NCBI RefSeq assembly: GCF_001194135.2
Contig: NC_068982.1
Span: 128,586,019 to 128,642,377, forward strand
DNA: 56,359 nt
Direction of reading: 5' to 3'
Source of the DNA: Octopus bimaculoides
Lineage: Eukaryota
Shown: in pieces, positions 25,100-37,974 of the stretch
Position numbering within the stretch: the stretch's first letter is position 1
How the letters are laid out: each line of letters opens with the position of its first letter
Made by a program: the position numbers and the translations under genes
Notes under the pieces: model-generated
What the model saw: only the letters and a program-made list of their open reading frames with translations
Told to the model about the DNA's origin: nothing
The model's database searches: none

Positions 25100-25584
25100 A
25101 ACTTCACTATACATATATATATATATATANNNNNNNNNNNNNNNNNNNNNNNNNNNNNNNNNNNNNNNNNNNNNNNNNNNNNNNNNNNNNNNNNNNNNNN
25201 NNNNNNNNNNNNNNNNNNNNNNNNNNNNNNNNNNNNNNNNNNNNNNNNNNNNNNNNNNNNNNNNNNNNNNNNNNNNNNNNNNNNNNNNNNNNNNNNNNNN
25301 NNNNNNNNNNNNNNNNNNNNNNNNNNNNNNNNNNNNNNNNNNNNNNNNNNNNNNNNNNNNNNNNNNNNNNNNNNNNNNNNNNNNNNNNNNNNNNNNNNNN
25401 NNNNNNNNNNNNNNNNNNNNNNNNNNNNNNNNNNNNNNNNNNNNNNNNNNNNNNNCTGGTTTAAGCACCCCATATAACCACTCATAAATGATATAAGATA
25501 ATAAATTTGAAACAAGAAAAAGCAACAATCCCACTGATGGAATGCAAAACATATCTACAACTTGACAAACGACTAGGTTACTCT

Positions 25585-25987
25585 CAGCAGACTCTTTTAC
25601 TCTTTTACTCGTTTCAGTCATTTGACTGTGGCCATGCTGGAGCACCGCCTTTAGTCGAGAAAATCGACCCCAGGACTTATTCTTTGGAAGCCTAATACTT
25701 ATTCTATCGGTCTCTTTTGCCGAACCGCTAAGTTACGGGGACGTAAACACACCAGCATCGGTTGTCAAGAGATGTTGGGGGGACAAACACAGACACACAC
25801 ACACATATACATATATATGCATATATACGACGGACTTCTTTCAGTTTCCATCTACCAAATCCACTCACAAGGCTTTGGTCAGCCCGTGGCTATAGTAGAA
25901 GACACTTGCCCAAGATGCCACCCAGTGGGACTGAAGTTAGAACCATGTGGTTGGTAAGCAAGCTACTTACCACACAGCCACTCCTAC
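25585..25987 (-). mobile_element. Near full-length tRNA-derived SINE with central (CA/TA)n
   Basis: cttttactcgtttcagtcatttgactg...agaagacacttgcccaag...accacacagccac; related fragments at about 48370-48790, 56140-56280 and 5300-5530. Confidence 0.8.
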
Positions 25988-26026
25988 GCTCTTTTCTATT
26001 TACTATCATGAGTAAATTAAACTTAC

Positions 26027-26314
26027 CAATAATTGTGATAGGAATATCAACAGAATCATTTCCATGAAGATTGTTGACATGTAAATGATAAACTCCGGCA
26101 TCAGCTTTCGAAACTTTTTGTACCACAAGAGTTGTATATTTTTCTAAATTTCTAACACAAGCATGCCGATTGTTCTTGATTGTTTTGCCGTCTTTAGACC
26201 AAAGAATAACAGGCCGAGGTTTACCGAAGAATTGGATGTTAATTTTCATTGTGTCTCCTTCAAAATATCTTAGTCCTTTCTTGTAATAATCAGAGAGTTT
26301 GACTTTGGCAGGGG
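26027..26314 (-). CDS. Kinase gene, I-set Ig domain 2
   Basis: Acceptor ctattttacag, donor GTAAGT, 288 nt, phase 1-1. APAKVKL...GKPRPVILWSKDGK...DAGVYHLHVNNLHGNDSVDIPITII. Confidence 0.95.
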
Positions 26315-27044
26315 CTGTAAAATAGAGTTGATATTTTTGAAAACAAAAGGAAGAGAAAAACAAAAAATTTCGTTATTAACTAATGTTTCATAATTATAGT
26401 AAATAATTACATAAGGACTTTTGATTTCAATGAATATCAGTTAAAGACACACACACACATACACACACACACACGTAAACACATGCATGCATGCACACAC
26501 ACACATGCATATATATGCATACTATATAAGCAACTTATGATAAATATTCTATACTTTTTATGTTGTACATTTGAATTCCATTCTTCCTATTTTATTATTC
26601 ACAGAGGCATAAAATCATAGCACTGGCTACATGATGAGTTGTTGTGCAGTTAGTGATTTCAACAAATAAATATCTTGCTGAGATGAAATAAAATTGTACT
26701 GTCTAGTTCAATATTATGTGTACATGTACATATATGATGTGTGTGTATATGTGTATATGTATATAAGTGTATAGGTATATATGCATGTATATATTAAACA
26801 TAACCATCACTTGCAAACAAGTATAATTCGATAAAATATACCAAGCTACCTTTGCTAATTGTTTTTGGTGCATTATAATCGCAAATGGGCATAAATACTT
26901 TTTTGGCCCTTCCAACCCTTGACCTAGCAAAGCATAACTTTTAAAATAAGGCTATTTCATAAAGTTTGCAACTTTACTTTGGTAAATGTAAAAGAAAAGA
27001 AAAAATTTACATTAAAAAAAATGTTATTAATAAACTCCTCTTAC

Positions 27045-27217
27045 CATAAACATCTAATTTTCCTTTGTTACAAGCAGATCCCACTTTGTTCTTTGCTCGG
27101 CATTCTATATCTCCAGAATCATCAAAATCCACATTGTTTATGGTCAACAATTGTTCATTTCCAACTGTGTCAATCTTATGTTTACACCCATTGAAGATTT
27201 GACAACAGTTCTTGTAC
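27045..27217 (-). CDS. Kinase gene, I-set Ig domain 1, second half
   Basis: Acceptor ctttcttctctaaag, donor GTAAGA, 173 nt, phase 2-1. (W)YKNCCQIFNGCKHKIDTVGNEQLLTINNVDFDDSGDIECRAKNKVGSACNKGKLDVY. Confidence 0.93.
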
Positions 27218-28396
27218 CTTTAGAGAAGAAAGAGTGGACTTATTTTAAATCCTGACAAGCATCACGTAGAGAAATTTGCATATTTATATATAGATATATA
27301 CACTGGCATCTTTCACATTATGGAATTCTGCATTCTTCAAAATCTTAATGAAAGGCAGAATTCTATTGCATAGAGTTTGTTTTCTTATTGGTTTCCATGT
27401 TATCAGCTGAGATGCAAGCTAACAGAATTTTTTATGGAAAAAATTACAACCAAGTTTCTATCTCAATATTGCAATGCTGGGAAAGAGATCTTCAACATCT
27501 GCATATACAAAAGAAAATGTGTACTCAGGCACTGACACTCTCCTCGTGTACCCTATCATTCTCTAGTATGTTCTTTGCTCAGCATACTCCATGGACCAAC
27601 TTTATATGTCATTATACATAATAGATTTAATTTCTTCTCACTTTTTCTCACTAATATTTGCCCTCAACCTTTCTGGAATTTCCAGTATTTTTCATTAATT
27701 TTCACCCATTCTCTTCTTTCTTCTTCCCTCTTACATCTTGTCTCTGTCTTTCTTCCTTCTCACACTTTCTCCCTTTCCTGTCACCACTTTAACATTTAAT
27801 GTGTGTGTGTGTGTGGATATTTATGAATTCTCCAGGGAAACATAATAATAAAGTGATAAAGGAGAAAGCTCTCTCTCAAGCAACAATAGATTTTCGTCAA
27901 TCATACTGATCCTAGAACAAATTTCAATGTACCATTTATCAGCCTTTATTGGAGGATTGGTTAAGTTTTACTCCCACCCCTTTTGTCTACAAGAACTTAA
28001 TACATCAATTTACATTGAAAAAAAAAACACTAGTTCTCACACAAGCACACATATATGTAACACTTTCCAACTATCAGAGTTTTCCTTTATTAGGAATGAT
28101 CTATCAATGTTTGAAAGTATAGTTGCATAGTTATATACTATACCAGTAACACTTCCAGTTGAACATTTCTTTTATAGTTGGTGATGTTCTACTGTTTCTG
28201 TAGTATCATGTCTCAGAGAAACATATGTCAGTGACATTTTCATGCAGTTGCTTTAGATTATGAATACAAACAGGTAAACATATTTATGCATATGCAACAG
28301 TTTCAGATTTAATTCTTAGTATTAAGAATAAAAGCTTGCTATACTTCAGCTTTTCAAAAAAGAAGGAAAGATTTATATGAGTCAGAGAAATCTTAC

Positions 28397-28508
28397 CATG
28401 TTATATTTGGAGTAGGAATACCAACCACTTCACAAGAAAACTCAGCTGATTTTCCCCATTCCACACAAATGTCTTGGATTTCCTCCTTGAAATAAGGTGG
28501 CTCATTGA
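28397..28508 (-). CDS. Kinase gene, I-set Ig domain 1, first half
   Basis: Acceptor tatattccag, donor GTAAGA, 112 nt, phase 1-2. VNEPPYFKEEIQDICVEWGKSAEFSCEVVGIPTPNIT(W). Below the ORF-track size cut-off. Confidence 0.93.
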
Positions 28509-28640
28509 CTGGAATATAAGGATATTTCTATGACGATGATATCATTTGCAGAATATAGAAACACACACTCATAAACACTGTAATAAAAATTGTTCCAGTA
28601 GTATCAAATTTTAAAGATAAATCAATATACTGTAACATAC

Positions 28641-28946
28641 CTTCTTTTATCTTGAAAAGTATCAAAGGTGTTGATGGTGAAGGGTCACTTAATCCTATAG
28701 AATTAATAGCCCTTACTCGAAAGCGATAGGTTGAGTTCTCTTGCAAGTTCTCAATGATATATTTGGTATCTGTCACTGGAACTTCATTTACTATTGTCCA
28801 GAAGTTGCCTGCCCTTTCAGTTTTCTCTATTTGATAACCAATGATCGAAAATCCACCATCATCCAATGGAACATCCCAGAACATTTTAATTGAGCTTTCT
28901 CCAAACCTAATTACTTCAGGGCATTTTGAAGGAGCAAGTGGAACTC
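28641..28946 (-). CDS. Twitchin/MLCK-like kinase gene, FN3 exon 2
   Basis: Acceptor ttttttacccaacag, donor GTATGT, 306 nt, phase 1-1. RVPLAPSKCPEV...WDVPLDDGGFSIIGYQIEK...YRFRVRAINSIGLSDPS. Confidence 0.95.
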
Positions 28947-29102
28947 CTGTTGGGTAAAAAACACATTACATTGATAAATAAATGTAATCCATGCAATCTT
29001 ATTGCATAAATCAACTCGAAGTTCAAATTTCCCATGTGTTCTTTGAGGGAGATAAAAGATCATGAATGTATTTATATATGTGCATATACATAATACACGC
29101 AT

Positions 29103-29154
<52 letters not shown>

Positions 29155-29243
29155 ATGCACTTATGTGTGTATGTACATGTATGTGTGTATGTGTGTGTAT
29201 ATATATATGTATGTATGTATACAGAAAAAGAGATAGTGAGATT

Positions 29244-29279
<36 letters not shown>

Positions 29280-30074
29280 TGGCAGGCGTGTATGTGCATG
29301 TACCCTGAAAAAAAATAACGATTAAGGTTAAGCTAAGATAACACAAGGAGTTTCTTCCAGGAAATATTATTAGAATGTATATGGTTCTACTGTTTGGTTT
29401 AATGTGTTAAGAAGATAAATTTTTCTATTTAAGAATGTGTTTTAATTAAATAAATATGCAAACAACATTTGACAGGTAAAGTTTAAAAAAACCAACAATA
29501 TACCAAATTTTGTGCAGGATAGTGATTTAATGGAGTAGTAAAATTTACATTAAAGTAACATGCTTTTAGATCATTAGCAGAATGATGTTCATGAGAAAAA
29601 TAATAATAATTATTATTATTATCAAAAAATGACTAACACATCGTAAAGAGATGCAAATCAAGAATATTTTAAAGGAAAAATGTAATTCATGCTTCAAGTT
29701 TAAAAAAAAAAAATGGAATTTTCAAAAGGATAAGCTGAATAAATATTCAAAAACTGACAAAACAGAAACATGCTGAACATATTTTAAAACTCAATATATT
29801 GAAAAAAGCATTAAAAAATCTAGATATTTTATGTATATAGTTGACTTACATGGAAATACTGCATTGAATAAAAAAGATATGTAAAAAAAAGTATATCATA
29901 GTCTTGTATGTATAGCCACTGAGAATGCAAGCAAAAGATGCATACATAAAAACAAACAAGTTTACATACATACTTAAACCCTTTGTTTTCTATCTGGTTG
30001 CCAGCCATGGGACATCTGTACAAAGTAAATGTGAATCATTCATTCAAGCCTCCAGTCTCACATAGCTCTTCTAT

Positions 30075-30300
30075 ACTATATATAAAACAGAGATGTGTGT
30101 GTAATCGCTTTTCACGTGAAATCGACTTCACCAAATGCTTCCATACTTGTAATGCATGAATAATTTGACCTCGGATAAATCTTAGGCTCTTCATTTGATT
30201 TTTTTAATTAAAAATAAATAATATTGCTTTATATTTAAGATTCACTTCTTTAAAAAGGTTCCTCAATGTCAACTTCCGGTATTGACGTAACAACGGCAAA
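30075..30300. promoter_or_regulatory. CpG-containing promoter-like motif cluster inside an intron
   Basis: TATATAAAA (30079), palindromic tttCACGTGaaa E-box (30110-30121), ETS-type ACTTCCGGT (30272-30280), CRE/ATF-like TGACGTAA (30283-30290). Confidence 0.35.
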
Positions 30301-30360
30301 AAGCTTCACTCTCTATTTTGTGTGTGAGTGTGTATGAGAGAGAGAGAGAGAGAGTAAATA

Positions 30361-31242
30361 CTACATACACACCGCTCTCTCACTCTGTCTCACACACATA
30401 CACACGCACACACACACACCCCTTGACTCACTCACACTCTGTCTCTTACAAACACACACATATAAATGTATACAAACATATTTACAAAGACACACTNNNN
30501 NNNNNNNNNNNNNNNNNNNNNNNNNNNNNNNNNNNNNNNNNNNNNNNNNNNNNNNNNNNNNNNNNNNNNNNNNNNNNNNNNNNNNNNNNNNNNNNNNNNN
30601 NNNNNNNNNNNNNNNNNNNNNNNNNNNNNNNNNNNNNNNNNNNNNNNNNNNNNNNNNNNNNNNNNNNNNNNNNNNNNNNNNNNNNNNNNNNNNNNNNNNN
30701 NNNNNNNNNNNNNNNNNNNNNNNNNNNNNNNNNNNNNNNNNNNNNNNNNNNNNNNNNNNNNNNNNNNNNNNNNNNNNNNNNNNNNNNNNNNNNNNNNNNN
30801 NNNNNNNNNNNNNNNNNNNNNNNNNNNNNNNNNNNNNNNNNNNNNNNNNNNNNNNNNNNNNNNNNNNNNNNNNNNNNNNNNNNNNNNNNNNNNNNNNNNN
30901 NNNNNNNNNNNNNNNNNNNNNNNNNNNNNNNNNNNNNNNNNNNNNNNNNNNNNNNNNNNNNNNNNNNNNNNNNNNNNNNNNNNNNNNNNNNNNNNNNNNN
31001 NNNNNNNNNNNNNNNNNNNNNNNNNNNNNNNNNNNNNNNNNNNNNNNNNNNNNNNNNNNNNNNNNNNNNNNNNNNNNNNNNNNNNNNNNNNNNNNNNNNN
31101 NGTCATATGCATACATCCAAAGATGTATGTATATTTATGCATGTACGTATACATGACAACAAACCTCTCTCTCTCACTCACACTCTGTCTCTTACAAACA
31201 CACACATATAAATGTATACAAACATATTTACAAAGACACACT
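30361..31242. repeat. Complex minisatellite spanning an N-gap
   Basis: The same unit of about 70 nt (cactcacactctgtctcttacaaacacacacatataaatgtatacaaacatatttacaaagacacact) lies on both sides of the gap. Confidence 0.8.
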
Positions 31243-32530
31243 TTAAATGCGCGCGCGCGTGCGTGCGTGAGTGAGGGGTTCCACAATCGCCATTTATTTC
31301 AATTACTCTTGTGAGGATATTCACGTAAATCATTTTTTTCATTTAATCCCCATTTTAATTTTCGTAAAAGTTTCCAAGTACCAATGAGGCTTTTTGGCAC
31401 ATCTTCAATTTTCCCCATTCATGAGAGGCACCCAGCCATCATTCATCTGAGAGTCCATCTACAGAATGTCCTCTCAAATTTCTATACAGCATATTTTGCC
31501 TCTGCTAGTATTCAATATTTTCAGGTCACAATACTTGATATTTGCAATAGTATTTTGAACATAGCCATGAAAGGCTGAAGAATGAAAGGAATTATAAAAG
31601 TATAACTGTAAGGGCTATGAAACATTACTAGCTATTTCCAAGTGAAAAATTATGACCACTGTATTTCCAATGATACCATGTGTCACAGTTTCTTGTTAGA
31701 TTGTCTACCCCATTCCACGCAATTCATTTATTGTAAATCATATTGTTATACAAAAGTGACTTGTCAGGTTTTTCATTACCAGGACCTTTCAGAAAATTGG
31801 TTTATTGTCTTCTATGTGTTTTTTTTCATTTGTTTTTTTTTTCTAAAGACACATTATGCCTTTGATATTTAAAAGGTATATTGTTTAAAAAGAGGCTTAA
31901 TTGTTTAAGCTTTATTTTCATGTGCATAGTAAAATAAATTTATGTATCTGGTAAGGAAAAGTCCAGAAATGAAACATCCAATCTTAAGAATAATGAATGT
32001 ATGAAGCAGAAGGAACACCTTTAGTTGCAACTGAAAAGAATTCAATCTTTACCTAAATATTTAAGCAAAATTAGCTGTCTAGTGATAAGACTCAATGGTC
32101 ATATATACCTTGAAATTTATGAATAAGCATTCAAATGATTAGGCTTACAGAATAGGGATTTTTCAGCAACTGGTTAGAGTTCTCTTTGGGGAAGATTTGT
32201 ATCAAATTTCTTTGATATAATTGCCAATAAATAAAAGGCAGGAAAAGTGATCATTGAGTCAAAGTTTGAAATGTTTTTCTATTTGAATATCTAAATATTT
32301 GATGATTGCTCTGCTGAAAATTTTCAGTAACAGTAAGTGAAATAAAATCAATTTTGCATACTCACTCACTTGCTTACATTCCATGCCCAAGTGCTGTAAA
32401 TATGTGTGTGATGTAATGTGATATGTATGCATGCATGCATGTATGTATGTATGTATGTATGCATGCATGTGGGCATGTATGTATCCTCATTATCATACTC
32501 ATTTAATGTCTGCCTTCCATGGTGGTATGT

Positions 32531-32563
<33 letters not shown>

Positions 32564-33363
32564 ATGTATGTATTATAAGGATATCATTAGTATGAATGAC
32601 ACAAAAATTATTCATATATTCATAAATGATGAACAGAAAAATTTTCATATTTAACATTATAATTTATAGTTATAAAGATGTGTTAAATACTTGTAAAACC
32701 AAACATGATATTTATTCAAAATGTTTTCAAAATATAACATTCAATGTTAGTTCAAAATAAAGAAAACTAATAATAAGTTTAAAATGAACCAGTTCTAGTG
32801 TAATTCAGTTATCAATAGCATCACCATAACATGCAAAGTTACCAAGGCTCTGAAATGAAAAATTTAAAACAGATAAACTGGTTTATAAAGACAACATACA
32901 TAAGGTATTTGTTAAAATGCAAGTCTACATATAAATTTTGTTAATTATTCTGTAAAATATTGATTGCTTTTAATTGGTTCGAAATAAAAATTATTCACTT
33001 TATAAATAGATTAAAGTTACTGGAAAATACTATTTAATGAAGAAGGTTTTTTATATCAAATATATGCGTAAAACTACAGAGAAATATATTTATATATATT
33101 TATGCGTGTGTGTGTATGTATGATTATATGTGTGCATGTGTGTGTGTGTGCATTTATATTTCTTTTATCAAGAATGTTGTCAAAAAACTAGAACCCAATA
33201 AATACAGTATTAATTCCACTTTTCAAGAGACAATGTTTTGACTGGATTACATAAAAAGTTAATATTCTGTATATTTAAAGAAATTACTAATTACTCTCTG
33301 ATATTTTCACCTGAAGAGAAGACACTGACGAGTGCCATTTATATAAGGAAAATACCTACTTAC

Positions 33364-33657
33364 TCGTGCGAAATTTAATGTGTATGGGTGAGGTGAGAGT
33401 ACAAGGTTCACTGGTACCATACTGATTCGATGCTGATACTCGAACTAAAAGTATATCATCATCAGATAAATTCTTCAGCTGATAGTGAAGCATATAAGGA
33501 GGCAATCGAGCTTCCTTTTTCCAGAATTTTCTTTCTATATGCTTAATTTCTAGAAGATAGCTGGTCACTGAAGCATTCCTTGGTTCTTTCCATGATAGAG
33601 TCACAGTGTCATAGTTCACATCATCAACAACAATATTTCCAGGAGGTGATGGAGGTT
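33364..33657 (-). CDS. Twitchin/MLCK-like kinase gene, FN3 exon 1
   Basis: Acceptor ttccttttag, donor GTAAGT, 294 nt, phase 1-1. EPPSPPGNIVVDDVNYDTVTLSWKEP...VRVSASNQYGTSEP. Confidence 0.92.
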
Positions 33658-33746
33658 CTAAAAGGAATACATATATTATACATTACTTTTAACAGTGAAA
33701 ATACAAAACAAAATAATTAAATCTTTTAGATTATGAAATATCTTAC

Positions 33747-33769
33747 CTTTAATGTCAAAAGGAAGTTTC
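33747..33769 (-). CDS. Candidate 23-nt microexon (KLPFDIK)
   Basis: Donor AAG|GTAAGA sits 89 nt upstream of the FN3-1 acceptor and is phase-1 compatible. The acceptor ctgcag is weak. Confidence 0.3.
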
Positions 33770-35099
33770 CTGCAGCTTTTCCAAAATAATTTTTTTTACC
33801 CAAAATGTTTACCATTACTATGGAATGCTTTTAAATTTAAAGCTATTTCATATATTAATACATTTATATATTATTTATCAGAATAGTTATTTGAATTAGT
33901 AAATAACATTTCCTCTCAATTTGTCTTTAACAAAACTTAAAACATATCAAATTTAATAACAAAACAAAATAATAAGATTTATAGCCATCACATTATAAAT
34001 GAAAGCAATCCTTTTAGATACAAAAATAAAAGAAAGAAAATATTTATCAAAAGGTTACCATGTACCATTTTCCAAGAAATCAAAAGCATTTGGGGGAAGC
34101 CTGCTGGAGCCTAGCAGCAGGTATAAAAAGGGGAATTTGACATGACAATCAGTCGGACGCTGACACTCTTTGATGCTGCATCGAAGAGGCCAGGGAATAG
34201 AAGAAAGAAGACATGCACCCAACACCAGAGCTGAAGACACCTCCGAAAGGGGGGGGGGCCACGTCAAAACGGTAGAGGAGTAGGGGCCGAAACCGGACGT
34301 GGTTCCTCCTGATAATGTCTTGAGCTAACTGGATCCTATAAAGGAGCTGTTGTGGTAGCAGACCACGAAACATGGTTGAAATTCCTACTTACACTGGAAA
34401 TTAGTAAATAACCATGAAGGATAGACAGTGTAAGCACCAGTTTGGTGCAGAAATGAGTTACAGATAAAACTGTGCTATTAGAGCTGCACATCATTACTTA
34501 ATATTACTCGACTCATTTCTCACGGATTATCTCTAGAATAGATTAGAACTTGAGGCAGTAGGTGAGAGTCTGTCTATGTAGGCAATAATGAAAATAAGAT
34601 CCAAAAATAATTTTTCAGATTTTATTAGGAGAGTTCTTTACCCTGTAGATCACAACACACATTTCAATCATTACATCAAATCAACAAACTCCTCACAAAA
34701 AATATATGATGTCTGCAGCAACTTCCTCCCTACATGCCATCCTAAGTTCCATTACCATCAATAAAATACTTGCTTATACACAAACTACTAAGCATCTCCT
34801 TAAGAAACAAAGCAAAATGCTGACCAGCAACATATTTCCCAGCCTATAATAATATACAACAAATTTCAATTAGTTAGAAATAGAAATTTTCAAAGTGAAA
34901 CATTGCAAGGATCTGTTCTTATGTAATTTCTCTAAACTTCTGTTTTTCAAGGCAGCCATCACCTCTGAAAAAATATGGCTTGGTTATATGTACCATACAT
35001 TTGGCAATTGTTTTAAGTGAGTATGTAGTTGTGAGAAGACACAGACACCTCTTGATTCTCCCTTCCTTTTCACTTAGTTGTTGAGAGTATAGTTACTGC

Positions 35100-36290
35100 C
35101 ACGATCACAAATAAATACCACAATGTCACCGAAGATGACAACTAGAATCAAGGATAGACCCTAATCTTTGTTTCAGAAAATAATAATGGCAGACCCTCAG
35201 CTTACTCAAGAAATGAAGAGGCATACTATTATTGTGGTTATAAAGGCTGAGCATAGCAATTTAGAAATATCTCGATTTTCAAAAGTTTATAGATCTTTCA
35301 TCTACAAAATTTGTAAGGAGCTAGAGACTGAAGATGGTATCGTATCACCAGTATCAAAGCATCAAAAGCATTCTAAATGCTCTGAAATCATCAGAACACT
35401 TGAATTTATCAACAGACCATTTGATTACAAACCCAGAAAGTCCATGAGGTTAATTGCAAAAGATCTCCATGTGTCAGAAGAAACAGTCAGAAATGTTGTC
35501 CACGAAGACATCAGATATAAGTCTTATATGATGAGAAAAGATCAATTTGTCAGAAAAAGCAAAAGAAAATCACTACAGCAAATCTAAAAGGCTCTTAAAC
35601 AAAATGAAAAATCCAACAGAAGATTTGATTTGGTTTTTCTCAAACAAGAAAAACTTTGCCCAAGATCAATAAGTTAACAGAAGGAATGACAGATGGTTAT
35701 GTGCAGACCATTCTGAAGTAGCAAGTGTTACGCATACAAAATTTCCTGCAAGTATCAGGTTTTCAGGGTTGTCAGCAATGTGATGCCTCCTCACTTCTTT
35801 CCACAAGGCCTTAGAGTTAACTCTGCCGCCTACATTGAGGTCCTGGAATAATTGTTAAGCCATAGATAGACAGTGTATGCAATGGAATGCCATATGTGTT
35901 TCAGTAAGGCTCTGCACTATCACACATGGCTCTAATAACACAGGAATGAATGGCTGAAAATTTTCATGATCACATAGCCCCTAACATTTGGCTTCCTAAT
36001 TTCCCAGATCTCAATCCATTGGACTATTACATGTGGAGCATTGTTGAGAGAGAGGTCAATGAACATGCCCATAACACCAAGATTTTTTGAAAGATGTCAT
36101 AGTCAGAGTAATGTCCAAAATGAACCAGGACCACTTGATTCGAACATGTAGATGATTTAGATCTCATATAGAAGCAGTTGTTGAAGCTGAAGGTGGCTTT
36201 ATTGAAGAACATTATAGAAAAGAAAGTTTATTTTTATCCTCATAGCATTTTTTGATAAATAAAGTTATTATTTGTTATTATATATCTGTT
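35100..36290 (+). mobile_element. Decayed Tc1/mariner (DD37D-like) transposon
   Basis: ORF 35168-35587 encodes an HTH-like region (KSMRLIAKDLHVSEETVRNVVHEDIRYKSY), followed by WFFS.KKNF, HTKFPAS, MPPHFFPQGLRVN and PDLNPLDYYMWSIVE fragments. Confidence 0.85.
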
Positions 36291-37020
36291 TTCTTATAAA
36301 CATAAATCTNNNNNNNNNNNNNNNNNNNNNNNNNNNNNNNNNNNNNNNNNNNNNNNNNNNNNNNNNNNNNNNNNNNNNNNNNNNNNNNNNNNNNNNNNNN
36401 NNNNNNNNNNNNNNNNNNNNNNNNNNNNNNNNNNNNNNNNNNNNNNNNNNNNNNNNNNNNTATATATATATATATATCATCATCATCATCATTAATGTCC
36501 ATTTTCCATGTTGGCATGGGTTGGATGATTTGACTGATAACCCATAAGCTGGGGAGCTGCACCAGGTTCCAGTGTGATTTGGCATGGTTTCTACAGCTGG
36601 ATGTCCTTTCTAACATGAACCACTCCAAGAGTGTAGTGGGTGGTTTTTATATGCCATCGGTATGGGTGCCATTTACGAAACACCAGCATTGGCCACACCA
36701 CAACTACGATCTCACTTGGCTTGACACACACACAAATCTATATGTGTGTATCTGTTTGCATGGTTGTGTCATTAAGTAGTCTTCTTCACAACGTTTGGTT
36801 TTGGGTTCAATCCTATTATGCAGCACCTTTTATAAGTGTCTTCTAGCATAAGTGTCATGACTTTGGGCCAACCAATATCTTGTTAGTGAATTTGATAGAT
36901 GAAAACTATAACAATCTTGCTGTGTGTGTGTGCGCGCGTGATAGAGGGAGTGAGCTAATGTACAGCACATTCATTTGATCATTATAAACAAATCATTTGT
37001 CAATGGGAGTGTCCCTTATA

Positions 37021-37821
37021 TACAGGGTGTGGCAAATAAACTGTTTAAATTATGTAAAAACGAAAATAACACTGACATCTCATTTTAAACATATATTTAC
37101 CAAAATTACATTAAAATATCTTGAAATACTAAAGAATAAATCTATTCAATAAAATTGCCATTGGCTTCAACCACAGCCTTCAGATGACTTTAGAATCTCC
37201 TGCAACTCTCATGGATGGTTTCCTTGTATAAGTTGATGAATGCTGCCATAATCCTTGGCTTCAATTCATCTTTGGTGTTGGTCTTTCACTCAATTGTGCC
37301 CCACACACAATAATCAAGGGGGTTGCAGTCTGGGGAGTTAGCTGGCCAGTTGTTATGGGTGATGTGGTTGTAGAAATTGCCTGACAGCCATAACTGGGTT
37401 ATCCTGCTTGTGTAGCATGGTGAAGAGTCCTGTTGCCAGACATAGGGTCTTCCAGCAGCCACTCTCTTGACACAGGACAGCACTACTTCCTCCAGGCACT
37501 AGATGTAGACCTTTGTGTTGAGTCTGAGGCCATGTGGGAAAATGAGTGGATGTTTGATTTTTATTACTCTTGGTACATGTTCGTATTGGAGCTTCTGGTT
37601 TCTGGTGTCTCATATTGGAGGTTCTGGTGCAAAAGCTAAGCAATACATCATGTCGTTTCCAAATTTCTGGCAGAGTAAATTGCATCAGGGTGCTGTTTTT
37701 CTCACAGACGGTGCCCAACTGACCCTACTATACTGTATAGTGGACAAAATTAAAAACAAACAATGCAAATGCATGAAATTAAAAATATAAAATGATGACA
37801 ATTTACCCATCGCACTCTGTA
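37021..37821 (-). mobile_element. Internally deleted Tc1/mariner element
   Basis: PYVWQQDSSPCYTS...WPANSPDCNPLDYCVWGTIE; TA-flanked TIR-like ends tacagggtg / cactctgta. Confidence 0.85.
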
Positions 37822-37843
37822 TATATATTTATATGTGTGTGTG

Positions 37844-37912
<69 letters not shown>

Positions 37913-37974
37913 CAAAATAAAGTTGTAAGGTACCGCAAGAGTGGAAATATATATGAAAGAAGGTTTGAAAATGC

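Noticed and set aside
29976-30018. Acceptor/donor pair giving MAGNQIENKGF in the FN3-1/FN3-2 intron
   Set aside because: It ends in phase 2, incompatible with the phase-1 acceptor at 28946, and the phase-1 reading hits a stop.
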